Of a stretch of 64,000 nt of DNA, positions 61,591 to 64,000 are shown in pieces. The first letter of the stretch is position 1. Each line of letters starts with the position of its first letter. The stretch lies in the IMG/VR virus record IMGVR_UViG_3300008108_000036; one strand, given 5' to 3'. This stretch comes from a virus. Made by a program: the position numbers and the translations under genes. The notes beneath the pieces are model-generated. The model saw only the letters and a list, made by a program, of their open reading frames with translations. It searched no databases and had not been told where the DNA came from.

Positions 61591-62378
61591 ATGTTTTGGT
61601 ATTTAGTCTTTAGGTACTCTATATTCAATCTAGCTAATGTTTGTTCATCTCTTGTTAGCGTTTTATTAAAATATTCATTTGTTGTAGGAATTCTGGTAGT
61701 TATTCCATCGCTAAATTTTATTCCGTTGATTGCAGCCAATATTGTATAACAACTATCAGAGCTTCTAATATTAGATATTTTATTATCTAAATAATAATCG
61801 AATTCGTTATGTTCTCCCATTCCTAACAAATGTAAAGGTTTATTTACAAGATTTTTATTGTTTAGCTCTTGAACGCACTGGTTTCTAGATAATCCTATCA
61901 ATACATCATTAGTAGCATTATTCCAACATTTAGGAACAGCTATTTTGCTCAATCCAATGCAGGTAACATAAGGACAAGATTGCATTGCAGCAAAACATTC
62001 TAACCATTCATATTTCGTCTTTCCTTGAGGGCAAGCAAAAAGAGATGTATGCCTCAACATACCATTGCTTTCTATTTTTTTTACAAATGAATAAAAATTA
62101 TTCAAAGTAAATTTTTTATCAAAAAGAACGTCAGGAGCAATTACTTCATTTGGTTTAAGCTCGGTTACTACTTCTAATAATACATCTTCAGTGACCAAAC
62201 TCTCTTCTGCAGCTCCATTATCTAATGTTATAAAGGCATCAGGTACATTTTTTCTTAGCTTTAAAAAATAATTTCTATATTCTTTATCGTTAATATAATG
62301 ATGACACAAAGCAAAGTATCTATCTCCATAGTCCATCATGTTTAAATGTTTGTTAGGAGGAATGCAATAGAATTTCAT
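61587..62378 (-). CDS. dpdA: DpdA-like DNA guanine transglycosylase (TGT fold)
   Basis: LDNGAAE, APDV, PQG, HLLG, RSSDS; deazaguanine genes in the same genome. Confidence 0.75.
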   Translation of the reverse strand: MKFYCIPPNKHLNMMDYGDRYFALCHHYINDKEYRNYFLKLRKNVPDAFITLDNGAAEESLVTEDVLLEVVTELKPNEVIAPDVLFDKKFTLNNFYSFVKKIESNGMLRHTSLFACPQGKTKYEWLECFAAMQSCPYVTCIGLSKIAVPKCWNNATNDVLIGLSRNQCVQELNNKNLVNKPLHLLGMGEHNEFDYYLDNKISNIRSSDSCYTILAAINGIKFSDGITTRIPTTNEYFNKTLTRDEQTLARLNIEYLKTKYQNI

Positions 62379-62803
62379 AATGATTTTTGTAATATGTATT
62401 GTTTAACTTGAATTATTCCTAAATTAATATCTCCAAGTTCAGCTTCTTCAAATGTTTGCGAATCTCCTTCTCGTGCTCTATTTTCGTAACGCTTTTTTCT
62501 TTCATTTTTTGGACATTCCACCCAAAGCATAGTTGAATTCGGAAAAGCTTCTAAAATTTCTTTTTGTCTAACGCCAGAAACTACTAAATCCGTATTTTCT
62601 ACCAATGAACTCTGAAGTGCTAAGCATTGAATAATTTGATTGGCTAAATGTTTAGAATCTTGAAGTGATTTTCTGTCTGTCGTATTTTTCAAATGGCGAA
62701 CAACGTCTCCTACTTCAATGTAAGTTCCTTTGCATATTTGAGCTAAAGCTTTTGAATAAAGCGTTTTACCTGAACAAAGTTGCCCACAGACAAAAGATAT
62801 CAT
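62375..62803 (-). CDS. Small P-loop NMP-kinase-like protein
   Basis: GQLCSGKT, GDVVR, VVSGVRQ, R..RY..R. Confidence 0.75.
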   Translation of the reverse strand: MISFVCGQLCSGKTLYSKALAQICKGTYIEVGDVVRHLKNTTDRKSLQDSKHLANQIIQCLALQSSLVENTDLVVSGVRQKEILEAFPNSTMLWVECPKNERKKRYENRAREGDSQTFEEAELGDINLGIIQVKQYILQKSL

Positions 62804-63144
62804 TTGTATACTTTAGCTCCGTTTTCGTTATCTTCAAGCACTTCTACGGTCTCACAATCAAAGTTGCTTAATAATTCTTCTGCAATCATTTCACAGGATT
62901 TCGATCCAAGCTCTCCGGGCTTACCGTACTTTTGCTCAAGATATTGTTGAACTTGTCGTTTAAATAAAATAATCTCAACATCTCTGTCGTCATGTGCTAC
63001 TCGCTTTTCTAATCGAATGTGAAAAATATGTCTGTGTCGATCAAACAGAAAGTGTATTTCTGGGTTATTAGGAAGAGCCTCTTTAACTCCTTGCCAATTA
63101 TGAAATGCTTCGAATTGAAGATTAATAACAACGGTTGTAGTCAT
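62800..63144 (-). CDS. QueD-paralogous T-fold protein, DpdL-like (putative CDG decarboxylase)
   Basis: FEAFHNW, LFDRHRHIF (LxxxHRHxF), SCEMIA, EDNENGA. Confidence 0.7.
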   Translation of the reverse strand: MTTTVVINLQFEAFHNWQGVKEALPNNPEIHFLFDRHRHIFHIRLEKRVAHDDRDVEIILFKRQVQQYLEQKYGKPGELGSKSCEMIAEELLSNFDCETVEVLEDNENGAKVYK

Positions 63145-63150
63145 TTTTTC

Positions 63151-63178
63151 AATCTACTATGGAAACTTTAAAATTCAA
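63151..63178 (-). promoter_or_regulatory. Early promoter (leaderless) of the dpdL-dpdA operon
   Basis: Minus strand TTGAAT-N16-TAGATT, ATG 6 nt later. Confidence 0.65.
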
Positions 63179-63191
63179 CATTTTGGTATAA

Positions 63192-63231
63192 AACAAAAGC
63201 CTCTTTGTTTTTATGCAAAGAGGCTTTTGTT
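63192..63231. terminator. 16-bp inverted repeat, probably a bidirectional terminator
   Basis: AACAAAAGCCTCTTTG-N8-CAAAGAGGCTTTTGTT. Confidence 0.8.
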
Positions 63232-63244
63232 GGTGAGGTGTTGG

Positions 63245-63478
63245 TTAAGCTTTTACCGCAGCAAATCGGCCAAGTTCATCTCGAACGTTATAAAAACGCT
63301 CACGAAGAACTGCACTATTTGTTCGGTCCAAAAAACCGATAAACTCATAGCGACTAGGGTTAATTTTGCGTTGAACCATTTTGGTCTTTTCTGCAACAGT
63401 AAGACTAGAATGGATTGTGTGTTTGCCTGTAATAGCCTGAATAGGCTTGATTCGTGTATGTGTTAGTGATGTATTCAT
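63245..63478 (-). CDS. Small basic early protein, monocistronic
   Basis: Promoter TTGACA(63515-63510)-N16-GAATCT; terminator downstream; RDELGRF motif. Confidence 0.65.
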   Translation of the reverse strand: MNTSLTHTRIKPIQAITGKHTIHSSLTVAEKTKMVQRKINPSRYEFIGFLDRTNSAVLRERFYNVRDELGRFAAVKA

Positions 63479-63515
63479 CAGAAATGAAGATTCTCTGATT
63501 AGATTAAAATGTCAA

Positions 63516-63998
63516 CTAATAATTAATTTCGTTTCTAGTATTAAAAAAGTCTTCAATATATTGGCTATAACGTTTTCCTGACGAGCTTAATTGTATTTGT
63601 CCGCCAGGCAAAAGTTTGAGGTCCGTTGATACATCGAATTTATACTTAGTGAATAAGTCCATTCTTGAATTATATTTTCGCGTTTTTAAATTTCCGTGAT
63701 ATCTGTGATATATAGTTCCAGGCACATATCCAATTTCAACATCCTTAAACTTATCGCAAAAATCAAAAAAAGGCTGACCATAATGTTTATAAATAGGGTG
63801 ATTTTTATTTTGTCTAATTGCTTCTACTATTACACAGTCTCCTCCTCCTATAATGCCTCTTTCAAATAATTTACCAAATTTATTAAAAAATGTTCTATTA
63901 ATAGCCCAAGCTTGACCAGGATGCATTGCAGCTCCGTTTTTTGGACCTTTTCCTAAAGCTCCACAACAAAAGCTAATCGTTCCAGATTTTTTTTTGTC
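63516..63998 (-). CDS. Glycosyltransferase-like protein, C-terminal part (runs off the window)
   Basis: HPGQAWA, IIGGGD, GTIYHRYHG, Y..R; frame open to the edge. Confidence 0.6.
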   Translation of the reverse strand, partial: DKKKSGTISFCCGALGKGPKNGAAMHPGQAWAINRTFFNKFGKLFERGIIGGGDCVIVEAIRQNKNHPIYKHYGQPFFDFCDKFKDVEIGYVPGTIYHRYHGNLKTRKYNSRMDLFTKYKFDVSTDLKLLPGGQIQLSSSGKRYSQYIEDFFNTRNEINY

Positions 63999-64000
63999 TA

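Noticed and set aside
61587-62378. tRNA-guanine transglycosylase (Tgt) for queuosine
   Set aside because: Too short, lacks the CxCxxC zinc site, and no queA/queF seen; DpdA fits better

Overview
64 kb of a large, AT-rich T4-like (Tevenvirinae/Kyanoviridae-type) myophage genome in the standard genetic code. It holds the T4 core replication and recombination genes (uvsY, uvsW, gp55, gp47, gp46, gp43, uvsX, gp41, gp32, gp45, gp62-like) and virion genes (gp17, gp3-like, gp18, gp19, gp21, gp67-like, gp22, gp23). Accessory cargo: (1) a dispersed 7-deazaguanine pathway (folE2, queD, queE) plus a translationally coupled operon of a DpdL-like T-fold protein, P-loop kinase, DpdA-like transglycosylase, glycosyltransferase and DUF366-like protein; (2) a host-like dnaK-groES-groEL cassette, from memory Verrucomicrobiota-like, whose GroEL lacks the six helix-D residues of one inter-ring contact, plus a second divergent GroES; (3) a promoter-driven ~330 nt structured non-coding segment upstream of uvsY; (4) a partly decayed glycosyl/methyltransferase island between gp47 and gp46; (5) predicted head-packaged enzymes: a Pol-beta NTase, a kinase-ligase-cytidylyltransferase fusion, and a MoxR ATPase with a VWA/metallopeptidase partner. 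Early promoters mostly show a 16-bp spacer and lie 6-9 nt from start codons (leaderless). Late promoters are TAAATA. All family calls come from motifs read by eye; no database searches were run.
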